A DNA stretch of 64,000 bases from Dehalococcoidia bacterium (GCA_965116415.1 OZ220693.1:2220753-2284752); one strand, 5' to 3'; numbered from the stretch's first letter, positions 17,358 through 27,440 are shown. Numbers and translations: made by a program. The notes: a model not told the origin generated them from the letters alone.

Positions 17358-18400
17358 GTTGGCGATACGAGGGTCAGGACGCGCCTGGGGTTTTCGACCA
17401 TGATCTGGTGCTGGAGTTCGTCGCTCACGCCGAGGGAGGCGAGGTATGGCAGGAAGGTCTCCTGGATGTAGGTGTAGCCTGAGCCGCCGTACATCCTGAG
17501 GTGTGACTTCCAGCAGACGTCCTGGGACAGGAGGATGCGGTCACCGTATCCGGCGTCGATCATCTGCGGGATGGCGACTGCCACGTTGTGATCGCGCGCG
17601 GGCTCCTCTGAGGTGCGTACCACGCCAAGCGTGTCGAACTGAATGTAGACGCCTCGGGAGAGCAACTCCAGCATGAAGGGCACGTCGTCGGCCATGGAGC
17701 AGGAGTGCCCCAGGATGGTGCGGGTGAGGTCGGCTCCCTCCTCCTCTACGATGTCGAGAACGTCCTGCTTCTCGGACTTGATAGGCGGAGAGTGGAATGA
17801 GATAGCCGCGCCCGTGATCAGACTTGCTCTTGCGGCGGCACGGATGCTGCGGGTCTCGTTGTCGGTGATGGGGTCGCCGTTGATGCCGATCTCTCCGATG
17901 ATGCCGGAGCGGATACCCGTGTCACCGACTCCGGCGGTCACGTCGTGGACGATCTCGTCGGTCAGAGTCTCGACGCTGCGGGAGTCCATGTCGTCGGGGT
18001 GGAAGACCTTCTGGTACCAGCCGGAGCCCATGACGATGTTGAGTCCGGTGGCGGTCGACGCCCTCCTGAGAGCGTCTGGGTCTCTTCCGAGTCCCCTGCT
18101 AGTGACGTCGACTATCGTCTGTCCGCCAAGAGCGCCGAAGTGGGACACCTCGGCTATGGCGCTGCCCTCGCTGTCGAGAAGGTAGTTGTCCTGCAGGGGC
18201 AGGACGCGACGGGCGAGGTGGAGGTTGGACAGGTCGACGTCCGCCTCCCACAGGGCGCGTTCGTCGGGCGTCAGGTCGGGGTCGGTCGGGTGGTTCCTGC
18301 GCAGGTCGAGATAGAGATGCTCGTGCATCAGGGTGAAGCCGAGGCGGTCCGGTTCGACCGCCCCGAGTACTGTCATTGCCTTGCCGACGGAGTATGTCAT
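17354..18400 (-). CDS. Phosphotriesterase-family (PTE/PHP-like) metal-dependent hydrolase
   Basis: Start taken at the internal ATG 18400 (MTYSVGKAMTVLGAVEPDRLGFTLMHEHLYLDL...). The HxH metal motif and overall amidohydrolase-superfamily PTE pattern are present. The upstream 33 codons of the track ORF lie in a repeat element. Confidence 0.8.
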   Translation of the reverse strand: MTYSVGKAMTVLGAVEPDRLGFTLMHEHLYLDLRRNHPTDPDLTPDERALWEADVDLSNLHLARRVLPLQDNYLLDSEGSAIAEVSHFGALGGQTIVDVTSRGLGRDPDALRRASTATGLNIVMGSGWYQKVFHPDDMDSRSVETLTDEIVHDVTAGVGDTGIRSGIIGEIGINGDPITDNETRSIRAAARASLITGAAISFHSPPIKSEKQDVLDIVEEEGADLTRTILGHSCSMADDVPFMLELLSRGVYIQFDTLGVVRTSEEPARDHNVAVAIPQMIDAGYGDRILLSQDVCWKSHLRMYGGSGYTYIQETFLPYLASLGVSDELQHQIMVENPRRVLTLVSPT

Positions 18401-18408
18401 TAGTGTGT

Positions 18409-18606
18409 CACCCTCACCCCCTGATCGAGTCCGGGGCAGGCTCCAACCTTCTCTCTTAGGGAGCTTAGAGGGGTAGGTATTCGAGGCTTTCACCCTCACC
18501 CCAGCCCTCTCCCTTAGGGAGAGGGGGTCTGTTGGTTGGTATTCAGGGTTGGCTGCACACCTTTGCCTACCCCTGTCAGCCCGTCAAGGGAGAGGGGGCT
18601 GTTGAG
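18409..18606 (+). repeat. Family-A compound array (A' variant plus long composite form)
   Basis: caccctcaccccctgatcgagtccggggcaggctc... is followed by ttcaccctcaccccagccctctcccttagggagagggggtctgttggttggtattcagggttggctgcacacctttgcctacccctgtcagcccgtcaagggagagggggctgttgag. It fills the whole PTE/aminotransferase spacer. Confidence 0.9.
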
Positions 18607-18613
18607 TACCCTG

Positions 18614-19534
18614 TCAGCCCTGGACGCCTCCGTAGTGGAGGGCCTGGCCGACTATGTCTACGTCGACCATCTCGCTGTGAGCGGCCAGGAGCTGCCGGGT
18701 TACCGGACCCGGGGTCTCGTCGCCCACGGGACGGAGGTCCACCATGCTCACGGGCACGATTCTCGGGCTGGTCCTGGAGAAGAAGACCTCGTCGGCGGTG
18801 TACAGGTCGTATGGCTGGAGATCTTCCTCGACGAGGTCGATTCCGAGCTGGCCGGCAACGTCGAAGATCACGCTGCGGGAGATTCCCTGCAGGATGCTCC
18901 TGTCGGTTGGGGTCTTGAGAACGCCGTCCTTCACCAGGAATACGTTGTAGCCGATGCCCTCGGTGAGGTTGCCGTCCTGGTCGAGCAGGATGGGGGACGC
19001 GCCGGGATCTACGTCGGACGCCTCGAGCTCTGCAAGCACGAAGTTGGCGCGGCTGTGGTGCTTGACCTTGGGGTCCATCGTGTCGCTGGAGTAGCTGCGG
19101 GTGCGGGCGATGACGCCGTGGGCGCCCTCGACGTAGAAGCGCGCGAACGACTCGAACGCGACCGGCTTGATCGCGATGCAAACGGTGGGAGACACGGGGT
19201 CGGCGACGCCGTGGCCCACGCCTCTGGTAATGAACGGGTGAATCTGGAAGTCGCCTGCCTCGTCGAGGCGGTCGAGGTTGCGATCGACGGCCTCTTCGCA
19301 GGCGGCGGTCATCTCGTCAGGCGTCAGGCCGGGGTCGATACGCATGTACTTCAGCGAGCGGTACAGGCGGTCGACGTGCCGGTCGAGAACGAACGGCTTG
19401 CCGCCAAAGGTACGTGCGATGTCGAAGACCACGTCGGCGACCACGAATCCGCGGTCCTCGGGCGAGATCCTGACGTCGCCGTATGGAATCCACTCTCCGT
19501 TGAAGTAAGCGGTGAAGGTGCTGCTGTCGGACAT
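18614..19534 (-). CDS. Class IV (fold type IV PLP) aminotransferase: branched-chain amino acid or D-amino acid aminotransferase family
   Basis: 306 aa. FNGEWIPYGDVRISPEDRGFVVADVVFD...LDRHVDRLYRSL...GITRSVIF-like motifs. Confidence 0.85.
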   Translation of the reverse strand: MSDSSTFTAYFNGEWIPYGDVRISPEDRGFVVADVVFDIARTFGGKPFVLDRHVDRLYRSLKYMRIDPGLTPDEMTAACEEAVDRNLDRLDEAGDFQIHPFITRGVGHGVADPVSPTVCIAIKPVAFESFARFYVEGAHGVIARTRSYSSDTMDPKVKHHSRANFVLAELEASDVDPGASPILLDQDGNLTEGIGYNVFLVKDGVLKTPTDRSILQGISRSVIFDVAGQLGIDLVEEDLQPYDLYTADEVFFSRTSPRIVPVSMVDLRPVGDETPGPVTRQLLAAHSEMVDVDIVGQALHYGGVQG

Positions 19535-19603
19535 TTTGGGATTTCTCTCCTAACTTGCTGCCAGTGACTTCCTAACTCGATTCTATCGAGAATACTAATG
19601 AAA

Positions 19604-19846
19604 TTAACCTACCAGGCCAAGTCGACGCAGGTCTTCATGCTGCCAACCCGCGTCCGTGATGATTCCCCTCAGAGTTCCGATAGGGAACGTATCGCTGAGG
19701 CGATGGTAGGAGACAACGATTCGACGACCGTCGGCATGCCTGTAGATGCGGTGGCTCCCTCTGGTCCTCTGTAGAAGAAACCCGTCATCGCGCAGCGCTC
19801 TGACAAGTCGGCGCGCATTGACCCCTCGGGGAGTGGGACCGGTCAC
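19604..19846 (-). CDS. hicA: HicA-family toxin (type II TA, mRNA interferase)
   Basis: 80 aa. ARRLVRALRDDGFLLQRTRGSHRIYRH..GRRIVVSYH is the YcfA/HicA signature. It overlaps the upstream HicB gene by 4 nt. Confidence 0.85.
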   Translation of the reverse strand: MTGPTPRGVNARRLVRALRDDGFLLQRTRGSHRIYRHADGRRIVVSYHRLSDTFPIGTLRGIITDAGWQHEDLRRLGLVG

Positions 19847-20127
19847 ACACTAACTACCAGTTCAGAATGCACTTGTGTTGCGCCCTCATCAGAAAAGTCG
19901 TCCTCGGGAATCTGCTCCCCATTTGCTACGACATCTTCGACGTAGAGCGCAACCGCCTCTTCTATGTTGGCAAGAGCTTGCTGGTAGGTGGTCCCCCAAG
20001 TATGACAGCCGGGAAGCGCGGGACAATTCGCATGGAACGCCTTGACGCCACCCTCGAATCTGTCCTCTTCAATTACAACACGAAACGTGTAAGACACCGT
20101 ACGACACTCCCGGATATGCGAGTACAT
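19843..20127 (-). CDS. hicB: HicB-family antitoxin (UPF0150-like)
   Basis: Start taken at ATG 20127, giving 94 aa: ...YTFRVVIEEDRFEGGVKAFHANCPALPGCHTWGTTYQQALANIEEAVALYVE. The rest of track ORF 19843..20415 overlaps the permease gene and is Arg/Pro-rich noise. Confidence 0.8.
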   Translation of the reverse strand: MYSHIRECRTVSYTFRVVIEEDRFEGGVKAFHANCPALPGCHTWGTTYQQALANIEEAVALYVEDVVANGEQIPEDDFSDEGATQVHSELVVSV

Positions 20128-20147
20128 TGTAGCACCCTGGCGCGCGA

Positions 20148-21041
20148 CTACGTACCTCGGAGGCGGGGGTCCAGTACGTCCCTGACGGCGTCTCCGAAGA
20201 GGTTGAAGCCGTACACGGCCAGCGACAGCGCGAGGCCGGGCCAGATGGCGAGATACGGGTAGATAGGGAACCAGTCGCGCACCGGGCCGGTCAGCATTCC
20301 GCCCCAGGATGGTTCGGGCTGCGGCACTCCCAGGCCGAGGAAGCTCAGGGATGCCTCGGTCAGGATGGCGATGCCGAGCGCGCCGGTGGCGATGATCAGC
20401 CACGGTGCGACGCACTGAGGGGTTATGTGCTGGGCCATGATGCGAACGTTGACAGCACCTATCGCGCGCGCGGCGTCCACGTACTGCGATTCCTTGACCG
20501 CCAGCACCTGAGATCTAACCACGCGATTGGCGCGCGGTATCTGGACGATTCCGATGGCCAGGATGATGTTCCACAGGCTGGTGCCGAGCGCAGCGGTAAC
20601 GGCGAGCGCGAGAATCAGCGTGGGAATCGACATGAGCGCATCCATGATGCGCTGGATGGTGTTGTCGACCTTGCCTCCATACCAGCCGCTAATGACTCCG
20701 ATGACGCCGCCCAGCCCAGAACCGAAGGCGACAGAGGCGAAGCCGACAAGAAGAGACACTCGCGCGCCGGTCATCATGCGAGCCCAAAGGTCCCGGCCCA
20801 GTTCGTCGGTGCCGAGCCAGTGGCTCGAGTTGGGCCCCTGGAGCTTATCCGGGAGGTTATGGGCCAGTGGGTCCCACTCGGTCATCCACGGCCCAACGAT
20901 CGCCATAAGCACCATGATGACGATAATCAACGCGCCCGCCGCGCCAAGCGGCTTGCGTGAGATGAAGTCCACAAAGGGCTTCAGGGGGTTTCTCCTGCGG
21001 GGCCGCCCTAGCGTTGGAATATCGCTCTGTTGGATTGCCAT
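20148..21041 (-). CDS. ABC transporter permease, DppC/OppC-like
   Basis: 297 aa and closely collinear with 938..1831 (ASLSFLGLGVPQPEPSWG...RDVLDPRLR). Confidence 0.9.
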   Translation of the reverse strand: MAIQQSDIPTLGRPRRRNPLKPFVDFISRKPLGAAGALIIVIMVLMAIVGPWMTEWDPLAHNLPDKLQGPNSSHWLGTDELGRDLWARMMTGARVSLLVGFASVAFGSGLGGVIGVISGWYGGKVDNTIQRIMDALMSIPTLILALAVTAALGTSLWNIILAIGIVQIPRANRVVRSQVLAVKESQYVDAARAIGAVNVRIMAQHITPQCVAPWLIIATGALGIAILTEASLSFLGLGVPQPEPSWGGMLTGPVRDWFPIYPYLAIWPGLALSLAVYGFNLFGDAVRDVLDPRLRGT

Positions 21042-21101
21042 TCGGTCCCTCTCTCCAGGGTTGCTGTCTTTCTAAGGTAGTGAGGCTACGACGGTAATCT
21101 C

Positions 21102-22067
21102 TTACTGGTACCGCACACGGGGGTCGAGCCATCCGTATGAGAGGTCCACGAGCAGGTTGACCACAATGACCGCCGCCGCGAAGAACAGCACCATCGACTG
21201 AACCACCGGGTAGTCTCGCTGTAGCATTCCGTCAACGATATAGCTACCAATTCCGGGGAGTACAAACACACGCTCCATGACCACCGATCCGCCCAGCGAA
21301 AGCGCGGTAGTGATTCCTATGACGGTGACCACCGGTATCATGGCGTTCTTGAGCGCGTGGCGGGCGGTAACCACAGCCTGCCTCAGCCCCTTGGCGTGTG
21401 CAGTGCGAATGTAGTCCTGCCGCAGCACTTCCAGCATGGTCGAGCGCATCATGCGTGCCTTTGTCGCTGCGCTGATGTAGCCGATCATCAAGGCCGGCCA
21501 GATGAACTGGCTCAGATTGCCCATCGGGTCATCGACAAACTCAATGTAGCCCAGCGGCGGATTCCAACGGAAGAAGTACGCGCCAGCCACCAGGAACAGG
21601 ATCGCGCTCCAGAACGACGGTATGGAAAGTCCTGCAAGCGACGCTATCCGGACCGTGTAGTCGGTCCGGGTGTCCTGTTTCAGTGCCATGAGAACGCCCG
21701 CGGGCAGGCCTATGGCGATGGCAATAATCTGTGAGATGATCACAAGCTCGACAGTGACCACCACCTTCTTCTTGAATTCGGTAAACACCGGTCGCTTGGT
21801 GAACAGGGAGTTGCCCCAGTCTCCGATTACGAATCCACCCATCCAGTCCGCATACTGGATGTAGAGAGGTCGGTTGAGCCCGAGCGCCTCACGTATCTGT
21901 TCCAGCTGCTCCTCACTGACGGTACCCTCTTCACCACCCGCCTGTTCAGCGGCGATGGACTGGGCTACGTCGCCGGGGGCGATTCGCATCAGGGCGAACA
22001 CGAGAAGTGACACAAGAACCGCCGTCAGCACCCCGTAGACGAGCCTTCGAGCCAGGTATTGTTGCAT
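21102..22067 (-). CDS. ABC transporter permease, DppB/OppB-like
   Basis: 321 aa. Starts MQQYLARRLVYGVLTAVLVSLLVFALMRIAPGD and ends ...LDPRVRYQ. Confidence 0.9.
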   Translation of the reverse strand: MQQYLARRLVYGVLTAVLVSLLVFALMRIAPGDVAQSIAAEQAGGEEGTVSEEQLEQIREALGLNRPLYIQYADWMGGFVIGDWGNSLFTKRPVFTEFKKKVVVTVELVIISQIIAIAIGLPAGVLMALKQDTRTDYTVRIASLAGLSIPSFWSAILFLVAGAYFFRWNPPLGYIEFVDDPMGNLSQFIWPALMIGYISAATKARMMRSTMLEVLRQDYIRTAHAKGLRQAVVTARHALKNAMIPVVTVIGITTALSLGGSVVMERVFVLPGIGSYIVDGMLQRDYPVVQSMVLFFAAAVIVVNLLVDLSYGWLDPRVRYQ

Positions 22068-22128
22068 TTTGGTTCACCCTTTTTAAGTACATACCTGCCC
22101 AACGACCTCATCGAATTCGTCGGGTTCA

Positions 22129-22177
22129 CCCTCACCCCAGTATCTAGGAAAGTCAGGCCTAGATACTGGGGTGAGGG
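22129..22177. repeat. Perfect 20-bp hairpin built on the family-A caccctcacccc module
   Basis: ccctcaccccagtatctagg (22129-48) and cctagatactggggtgaggg (22158-77) are exact reverse complements with a 9-nt loop. It lies between the SBP stop (22277) and the permease start (22067). Confidence 0.9.
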
Positions 22178-22276
22178 AATCTGCAGGCAATTCGTATGTT
22201 CTAAAGGCGCGCCCGCAATCGCTGGTGCGATGCGCGAGCGCGCCCATTATTCGCCTCAGTCAGGTAACTGCTCTGG

Positions 22277-24349
22277 CTACCTTGCAAGCCAGGCGCGTTC
22301 CCAGCCAGACCACTTGATCTGGGACGGGTGGTTGAACATGCGCCAGCCGCGCACGTCCGTGTGCCATGCCGGCCAGATGATCGACCAGGGCATCGGGACC
22401 ATGTACATGGTCTCGATGGACAGGCGCTCTATCTCGTGGACTATTTCGCGACGCTTCGCCGGGTCCAGCTCCACCGCCTGTGCAATGGAGAGATCAAGCA
22501 GCTTCTGGGCGTTTTCAGGGTCTGCCTGGAAGCGCCCGGTACCGCGGTGGTACCAGCTCTCGGTCTCTGGAACCAGGAAGATGTTGTAGAAGTCGGACGG
22601 GTCGGCTACGTCGGTCCTGGCCTTGGAGCCATAGTGCACGTCGTAGTCCGGCGGCTCGCCGTGGCCGGTCTGGCCACGCTGGCGCTGGACCGCGGTTTCA
22701 ACTACGTCCACATTCAACTCGATGTCGAGGTTCTTCTTGAGCTGGTCCTTGAAGTACAGGCAGCCGTCGATGAATATCTGCGCCGGTGTGGTCATGCAGC
22801 CAGCGGTGAAGCGTGGGCTGCCAGTGAGACCTGCCTCGTCGAGGAGACGGTTGGCCTCGTCGATGTCAGCCTGCTTCTCACCGGGGCCGTTGCGGAATCC
22901 GGGCAGAGCCCAGAGCTCGTCATCGGGCAGCGCCCAGACCGTTCCCGGAGGCATCCAGTTCGTAGGCCTGATTACGCCCACGACGTTTCTGCCGCCGCCC
23001 TCGATCCTGTTGATCTCAACCCAGTCCTCGCGGTCGATTCCGAGGTGGATGGCTCGCCTGACGCGAACGTCGTTGAACGGTTCGCGGTGCAGGTTGTACT
23101 GGAGGCCCTTGCCCCACAGGTGGAGCACAGGCTCCAGGTGAATGTCGTCTGAGTATCGCTCGAGCACCTGGCTGACCTGGCCTGGCAGCAGAGAGGCGCT
23201 GCCCTCGCCGTAGTAGTCAGTCTGGCCAGTGATCAGAGCGGTGAAGCGCGTGGTGGCGTCCTCAATCTCGAGGTGGTCCACGCCTTCGAGGAATGGCAGA
23301 CCCTCACGCCAGTAGTCAGGGTTGGCGCGGATCTTGGTGCCCACGTCCTGCACGCGGTCGACGGGGATGAAGGCCCCGGTGCCGGTGCCGTAGAGGTAGG
23401 TCTCGTCAGTGGTCTGGTCCCAGCAGTCCGGGCATTCGGCAGTCCACCACGCGATCAGATCTTTGTCCATGTTGTTCGGCATACCGGTGACGCCGGCGAA
23501 CTTGCCGATCGTGCCCGCGCGGGCCTCTTCGAACTCAGCTCTCAGCGTGTAGCCCATGGGGCCGTCCGGGCAGGTTGCTCCACCATCCTTGAGGTGGGAC
23601 AGACCCAGGCGAGGCCCTGCGTGGGTTACGCCGACGTCCTTGAGGGACTGCGGAGGATAGATAGCGAACTGCAGGCTGGCTGCAGCGTCCTCACAGGTGA
23701 AGTCGTCGCCAGCAACATTTGCCTTGACGTGGTCAGGCAGCGTGCTGTGCGGGTTGTCCTGGAACCGGATGCCCTCGCGAAGCTGGAACGTGACGACCGT
23801 TCCGTCCCCGGACATGTCCCATGTCGTGGCGAGGTCGGGCAGGATGGGGCCTCCGAGGCCCTGCCACGGGTCGAACTTGATCAGCGAGTTGTACGTGGGC
23901 AGGAACTGCGGGCCCTCATAGGTGTGGCCGTAGTTCGGGTCGTGCCCGTTCAGCTTGAGGTTCGCGCCGTAGCGGAGGATGCCGCCATAGACGGGCTCAC
24001 CCCACTCGGGCTTGTAACCCGCGCTGGAGATGTACTCGGCAACCCAGTCGCTGGTCTGCATCATGACCGGTGTGGGTACCGGAGTTGGCGGCGCCAGCTT
24101 CTGCACCTGCGGAGCGACCGGTACGGCCGTGATCGCCGGAGCAGCCTGCGCTGCCTGCTGAGGAGCCGCGGGCGCCTGCGGAGCGGACGGAGCGGTTTGC
24201 TGCGCAGCCTGGGCCGGTGCAGCCGGAGCTGCGGCGGCCGGCGCCTGCGGAGCGGACGGAGCGCTCGGCTCGTCTGCGGCACAGGCCATGGCTAAGACTG
24301 TCAGTAGCGACAGCGCGCAGACGATTCCTAGTAGTCTGACACTCTTCAT
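22277..24349 (-). CDS. ABC transporter substrate-binding protein, family 5; probable lipoprotein with a long Ala/Pro/Gln linker
   Basis: 690 aa. Signal sequence ...VLAMAC, then about 70 aa of A/P/Q low complexity and an SBP_bac_5-like body (NPDYWREGLPFLEGV). Confidence 0.88.
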   Translation of the reverse strand: MKSVRLLGIVCALSLLTVLAMACAADEPSAPSAPQAPAAAAPAAPAQAAQQTAPSAPQAPAAPQQAAQAAPAITAVPVAPQVQKLAPPTPVPTPVMMQTSDWVAEYISSAGYKPEWGEPVYGGILRYGANLKLNGHDPNYGHTYEGPQFLPTYNSLIKFDPWQGLGGPILPDLATTWDMSGDGTVVTFQLREGIRFQDNPHSTLPDHVKANVAGDDFTCEDAAASLQFAIYPPQSLKDVGVTHAGPRLGLSHLKDGGATCPDGPMGYTLRAEFEEARAGTIGKFAGVTGMPNNMDKDLIAWWTAECPDCWDQTTDETYLYGTGTGAFIPVDRVQDVGTKIRANPDYWREGLPFLEGVDHLEIEDATTRFTALITGQTDYYGEGSASLLPGQVSQVLERYSDDIHLEPVLHLWGKGLQYNLHREPFNDVRVRRAIHLGIDREDWVEINRIEGGGRNVVGVIRPTNWMPPGTVWALPDDELWALPGFRNGPGEKQADIDEANRLLDEAGLTGSPRFTAGCMTTPAQIFIDGCLYFKDQLKKNLDIELNVDVVETAVQRQRGQTGHGEPPDYDVHYGSKARTDVADPSDFYNIFLVPETESWYHRGTGRFQADPENAQKLLDLSIAQAVELDPAKRREIVHEIERLSIETMYMVPMPWSIIWPAWHTDVRGWRMFNHPSQIKWSGWERAWLAR

Positions 24350-24487
24350 ATATTATCCCCCCACATATATTCATAAAACCGATGTTGTGCATCGGCTCAC
24401 ACGATGAACGTTGCAGATAAATAACACAGAAATGCGCATCCGGTCAATATGCGACCGATTCAGGAATCGCGCCGCAGCTTGGGACTT

Positions 24488-26491
24488 CTACCAATCAGTT
24501 ACCCAGAGCAGCTCATATTCCCCACCCACCGGGAGCCCGGACCCGGCTGTTATATCTAATGATGACGTCCGCATCCGCGTGTAGAGATCGAAGTCCATGT
24601 AGAGCATGCCCCTTGTTGTCAGGATGAACGGTATGTGGCCCTCCTCGAGGAGGCGCTTGAAGTCGGCGTCGTCTATCAGCGCTTCCAGTTTGTACTCTGA
24701 GTAGAGCGGAAGGACGGGTTCTCCTGTAATCAGAGCGACCACCGCCCCAGTGTTGTAAGTGTCGGTTGCGAGGAGGTAGTGGGAGTCCCCGCGACGACTT
24801 CGAACGTACTCCAGGGCGGCCTCGAGCTGGTCCAGCTCGATCCTGACAATCGCCGTAATCAGCGCGCCCTGTCTCTGTTTGCGGCGCTCATCGCGGGTCA
24901 ACTCTGGTCCCCTGAAGCCGGGGATGTCGACCTGGTCGAAGCCGATTCTGCCGAGGGTGTCGTCGCGCGGGTTGGTGAGGTTTTTATAGGTGACGCTGGC
25001 CGTCAACGCTACTGCGCCGAGGCAGACCACCACCAGAGTCGCGGTGGATACGTCGAACCCGAATGGCCGCCACCCGAAGTACACGAACACAGCGGCGACG
25101 GCAATGGCCAGGCTGAACACTAACGCCAGGTTCGAGGCGGTACTGAAGTATGGAGCAACCTCGCGCACCTGTCCGTACACGGCCGCGCAGTAGAGCAGAC
25201 CGGCCAGCGCTCCGAGGAATACCAGCCATGCGGCCACACTACCCCTTCGCAGCAGCGCGGGAATAGACGCCACCCCGATGCCGGCAAGCGCGGCGATGGC
25301 TGGGGTCGTGACCGTCCAGTAGGTCGCAAGCCTGATTGATGCGCCACCGAATCCGACAAGGCCCACTCCGAACCAGACAAGCCACAAGACGCCGAGTCCC
25401 AGCCCGGGCAGAGCGTCAGATGGCGCGGGTCTGGTCGGACTCGGGGCGCGACCCGACACGAGCTCGACCAGCGAGCGGGCACGGTCGGCGAGCCGGGGAA
25501 AGCGTCGGCTGACTGAACTCCAGTATCTCGCTCCGGTCTCAGATGCGCGGTCCCGGACGCTGACCAGGACGGCGAAGACTCCGATCAGGGCTGCCGGAAC
25601 GAGCGAGGCGCCGAAGTACACGCTCATCGGGCCGGTGACGAACCACAGTATGTCTCGCCTGTGGCGAGCGCCGTACTCGAGCTCGCCGTATCGCTCGAAG
25701 AGGTTCCATCCGAAGATCATGTGCCAGACGCTGTCGGCGTGCATCACGGCGTCGTACGCGCCGGGAGTCAGCCAGACGATCACAGGCCACCAGAAGGCGG
25801 TAACCAGGAAGACCGCCGCGCACTTCAGGCCGACCTTCACCAAGTCGGACCACGGCTGCCATCTGTACGCCAGCGCGAGCAGCGCGAACGCGGGTGCTGG
25901 CAGCAGTCCCTGCCACAGCTTGACCATGAACGCCAGGCCCAGGATGAACGCGCCCGCGTAGTAGAAGCCCTCCCGCCTCTCCTGCACGGCCCTGACGACG
26001 AAGTATGCTGCGAACAGCATGGTCGCGGTCGTCACGGGCTCGATGAACGTCGCGCGGGAGTAGTTGACGTCGATGGGCATGATCGCGAGCGCGGCTGCGG
26101 CTATCAGCGCCGGAACCGTCCCGCTGCAGCGCCTGACGATCACGTAGAGCAGCACGACTGAACAGATCCCGGCAAGCGCGACGGGCAGCCTGAACGAGAT
26201 GTTCGAAGGTCCGAGCAGCGCGATGAACAGTCCCTGGTACCAGAAGAACAGCGGGGGCTTGTCGGCAAGTATCGAGCCGTCCGCGAACATGTTGGGGTAG
26301 AACCAGTTGTGGAACGACTTGTAGGCGTGCGACGAGATCGACGTGTAGATCGCAAGTCCCGGGTGCCCGTGACCGAGGTCGTACAGCCGCACGAATGCCG
26401 CGAGGGCCAGCACCGGCGCGAATGCGGCGAGGTGGAGGTGGCGCGACAGTCGGGATGCTCCGTCTCTCGTGCTGTCCTGTGTGGTCGACAA
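24488..26491 (-). CDS. Membrane glycosyltransferase, GT39/GT83-like (PMT/ArnT-type, polyprenyl-phosphate sugar dependent)
   Basis: 667 aa with more than 10 predicted TM segments. The N-terminal loop motif is ...ADKPPLFFWYQGLF. TTG start as given by the track. Confidence 0.75.
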   Translation of the reverse strand: MSTTQDSTRDGASRLSRHLHLAAFAPVLALAAFVRLYDLGHGHPGLAIYTSISSHAYKSFHNWFYPNMFADGSILADKPPLFFWYQGLFIALLGPSNISFRLPVALAGICSVVLLYVIVRRCSGTVPALIAAAALAIMPIDVNYSRATFIEPVTTATMLFAAYFVVRAVQERREGFYYAGAFILGLAFMVKLWQGLLPAPAFALLALAYRWQPWSDLVKVGLKCAAVFLVTAFWWPVIVWLTPGAYDAVMHADSVWHMIFGWNLFERYGELEYGARHRRDILWFVTGPMSVYFGASLVPAALIGVFAVLVSVRDRASETGARYWSSVSRRFPRLADRARSLVELVSGRAPSPTRPAPSDALPGLGLGVLWLVWFGVGLVGFGGASIRLATYWTVTTPAIAALAGIGVASIPALLRRGSVAAWLVFLGALAGLLYCAAVYGQVREVAPYFSTASNLALVFSLAIAVAAVFVYFGWRPFGFDVSTATLVVVCLGAVALTASVTYKNLTNPRDDTLGRIGFDQVDIPGFRGPELTRDERRKQRQGALITAIVRIELDQLEAALEYVRSRRGDSHYLLATDTYNTGAVVALITGEPVLPLYSEYKLEALIDDADFKRLLEEGHIPFILTTRGMLYMDFDLYTRMRTSSLDITAGSGLPVGGEYELLWVTDW

Positions 26492-26652
26492 GGTGATTTC
26501 GTACTCACTTAGCGACAGGTGGTCGCAGTCCCACGATGCTATTCGCCTTAGGCCGATAATGAAAAGACCCTATGGGTAACTGTCTCTATATTGACCCCAT
26601 CCCCACTGATGTGTAACCTGCATACACACTATATCCCAAGTGAGATGTCACA

Positions 26653-26928
26653 ATGGCCAGGGTCCAGCTAATAATCCCCGATGAGGATCGAGACCGCTTT
26701 GTTCACCAGGCGCGCAAGGAGGGCCTGACGTTCAGCGCGTGGCTGAGGGCCGCCGCTCACGACAGGGTGGAGGCGGCGCAGCGGGCGAAGCGCTTCAGGA
26801 CGCTTGAGGATCTAGAAGCCTTCTTCGAGGCTTGCGACTCCTTACCGGGCCCCGAGGTCGAGCCGGACTGGGAGGAGCACCTCCAGACAATGCACGAGTC
26901 GATAACCAGCGGCCTCCCAGACGTATGA
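26653..26928 (+). CDS. Ribbon-helix-helix-type antitoxin (VapB-like)
   Basis: 91 aa. MARVQLIIPDEDRDRFVHQARKEGLTFSAWLRAAA. Its stop overlaps the VapC start (ATGA). Confidence 0.7.
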   Translation: MARVQLIIPDEDRDRFVHQARKEGLTFSAWLRAAAHDRVEAAQRAKRFRTLEDLEAFFEACDSLPGPEVEPDWEEHLQTMHESITSGLPDV

Positions 26929-27320
26929 TCTTTGTAGATGCCAACGTCTTCATGTACGCGGTTGGGCGGTCTCACCCGCTTCAGCCTCGTGCCCGCGAGC
27001 TGTTCTATGAATCAATGCGCGACCGCAAGCAACTGGTCACTTCAGCTGAGGTTATCCAGGAGTTGATGCACGTCTATCTGCGGACGAGTAGGCCGCACAC
27101 CCTAGACTCGGCGTTATCCCTCATAGATGGATACGGGGTGGACGTATGGCCCCTGGAGCGCGAGGACGTCATCGCCGCCAGACAACTCCATCTCCAGTAT
27201 CCGCAGCTTAGCGCCAGAGACCTCTGTCACCTCGCAAGCTGTCGAAGGCGCAACGTGCGGGAGATCGTGACATTCGATCGTGCGCTCGCATCCGTGTTCG
27301 GTAGCCCGCCAATCCCGTAG
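26925..27320 (+). CDS. vapC: PIN-domain toxin VapC
   Basis: Start taken at ATG 26925 (MIFVDANVFMYAVG...). The acidic PIN residues are present (D5, E in ...SAEVIQEL, D in ...SARDLCHLA). Confidence 0.8.
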   Translation: MIFVDANVFMYAVGRSHPLQPRARELFYESMRDRKQLVTSAEVIQELMHVYLRTSRPHTLDSALSLIDGYGVDVWPLEREDVIAARQLHLQYPQLSARDLCHLASCRRRNVREIVTFDRALASVFGSPPIP

Positions 27321-27440
27321 CCGCCGGGCTCGAAAAACTCAGCTAGACCGTTAGACCGCTGGAGGAGATGCGGGCTAATGTACCGGGGTTGGATTGAGAC
27401 GGGGGAGCTACTGGAAGAGACTATGAGGAGTTAATTCACG

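Noticed and set aside
19843-20415. Full 190-aa HicB ORF, 350-aa hisF ORF (54451..55503) and similar long N-terminal extensions
   Set aside because: The extensions overlap the neighbouring well-supported genes and are Arg/His/Pro-rich. The conserved protein N-termini begin at internal ATG codons (20127 and 55266).
26560-26652. Promoter/operator for vapB (TTGACC-17 nt-TAACCT with the overlapping tgtgta...tacaca inverted repeat)
   Set aside because: It is plausible, but the -10 is poor and the inverted repeat is short (6 bp). The evidence is not strong enough to list as a feature.
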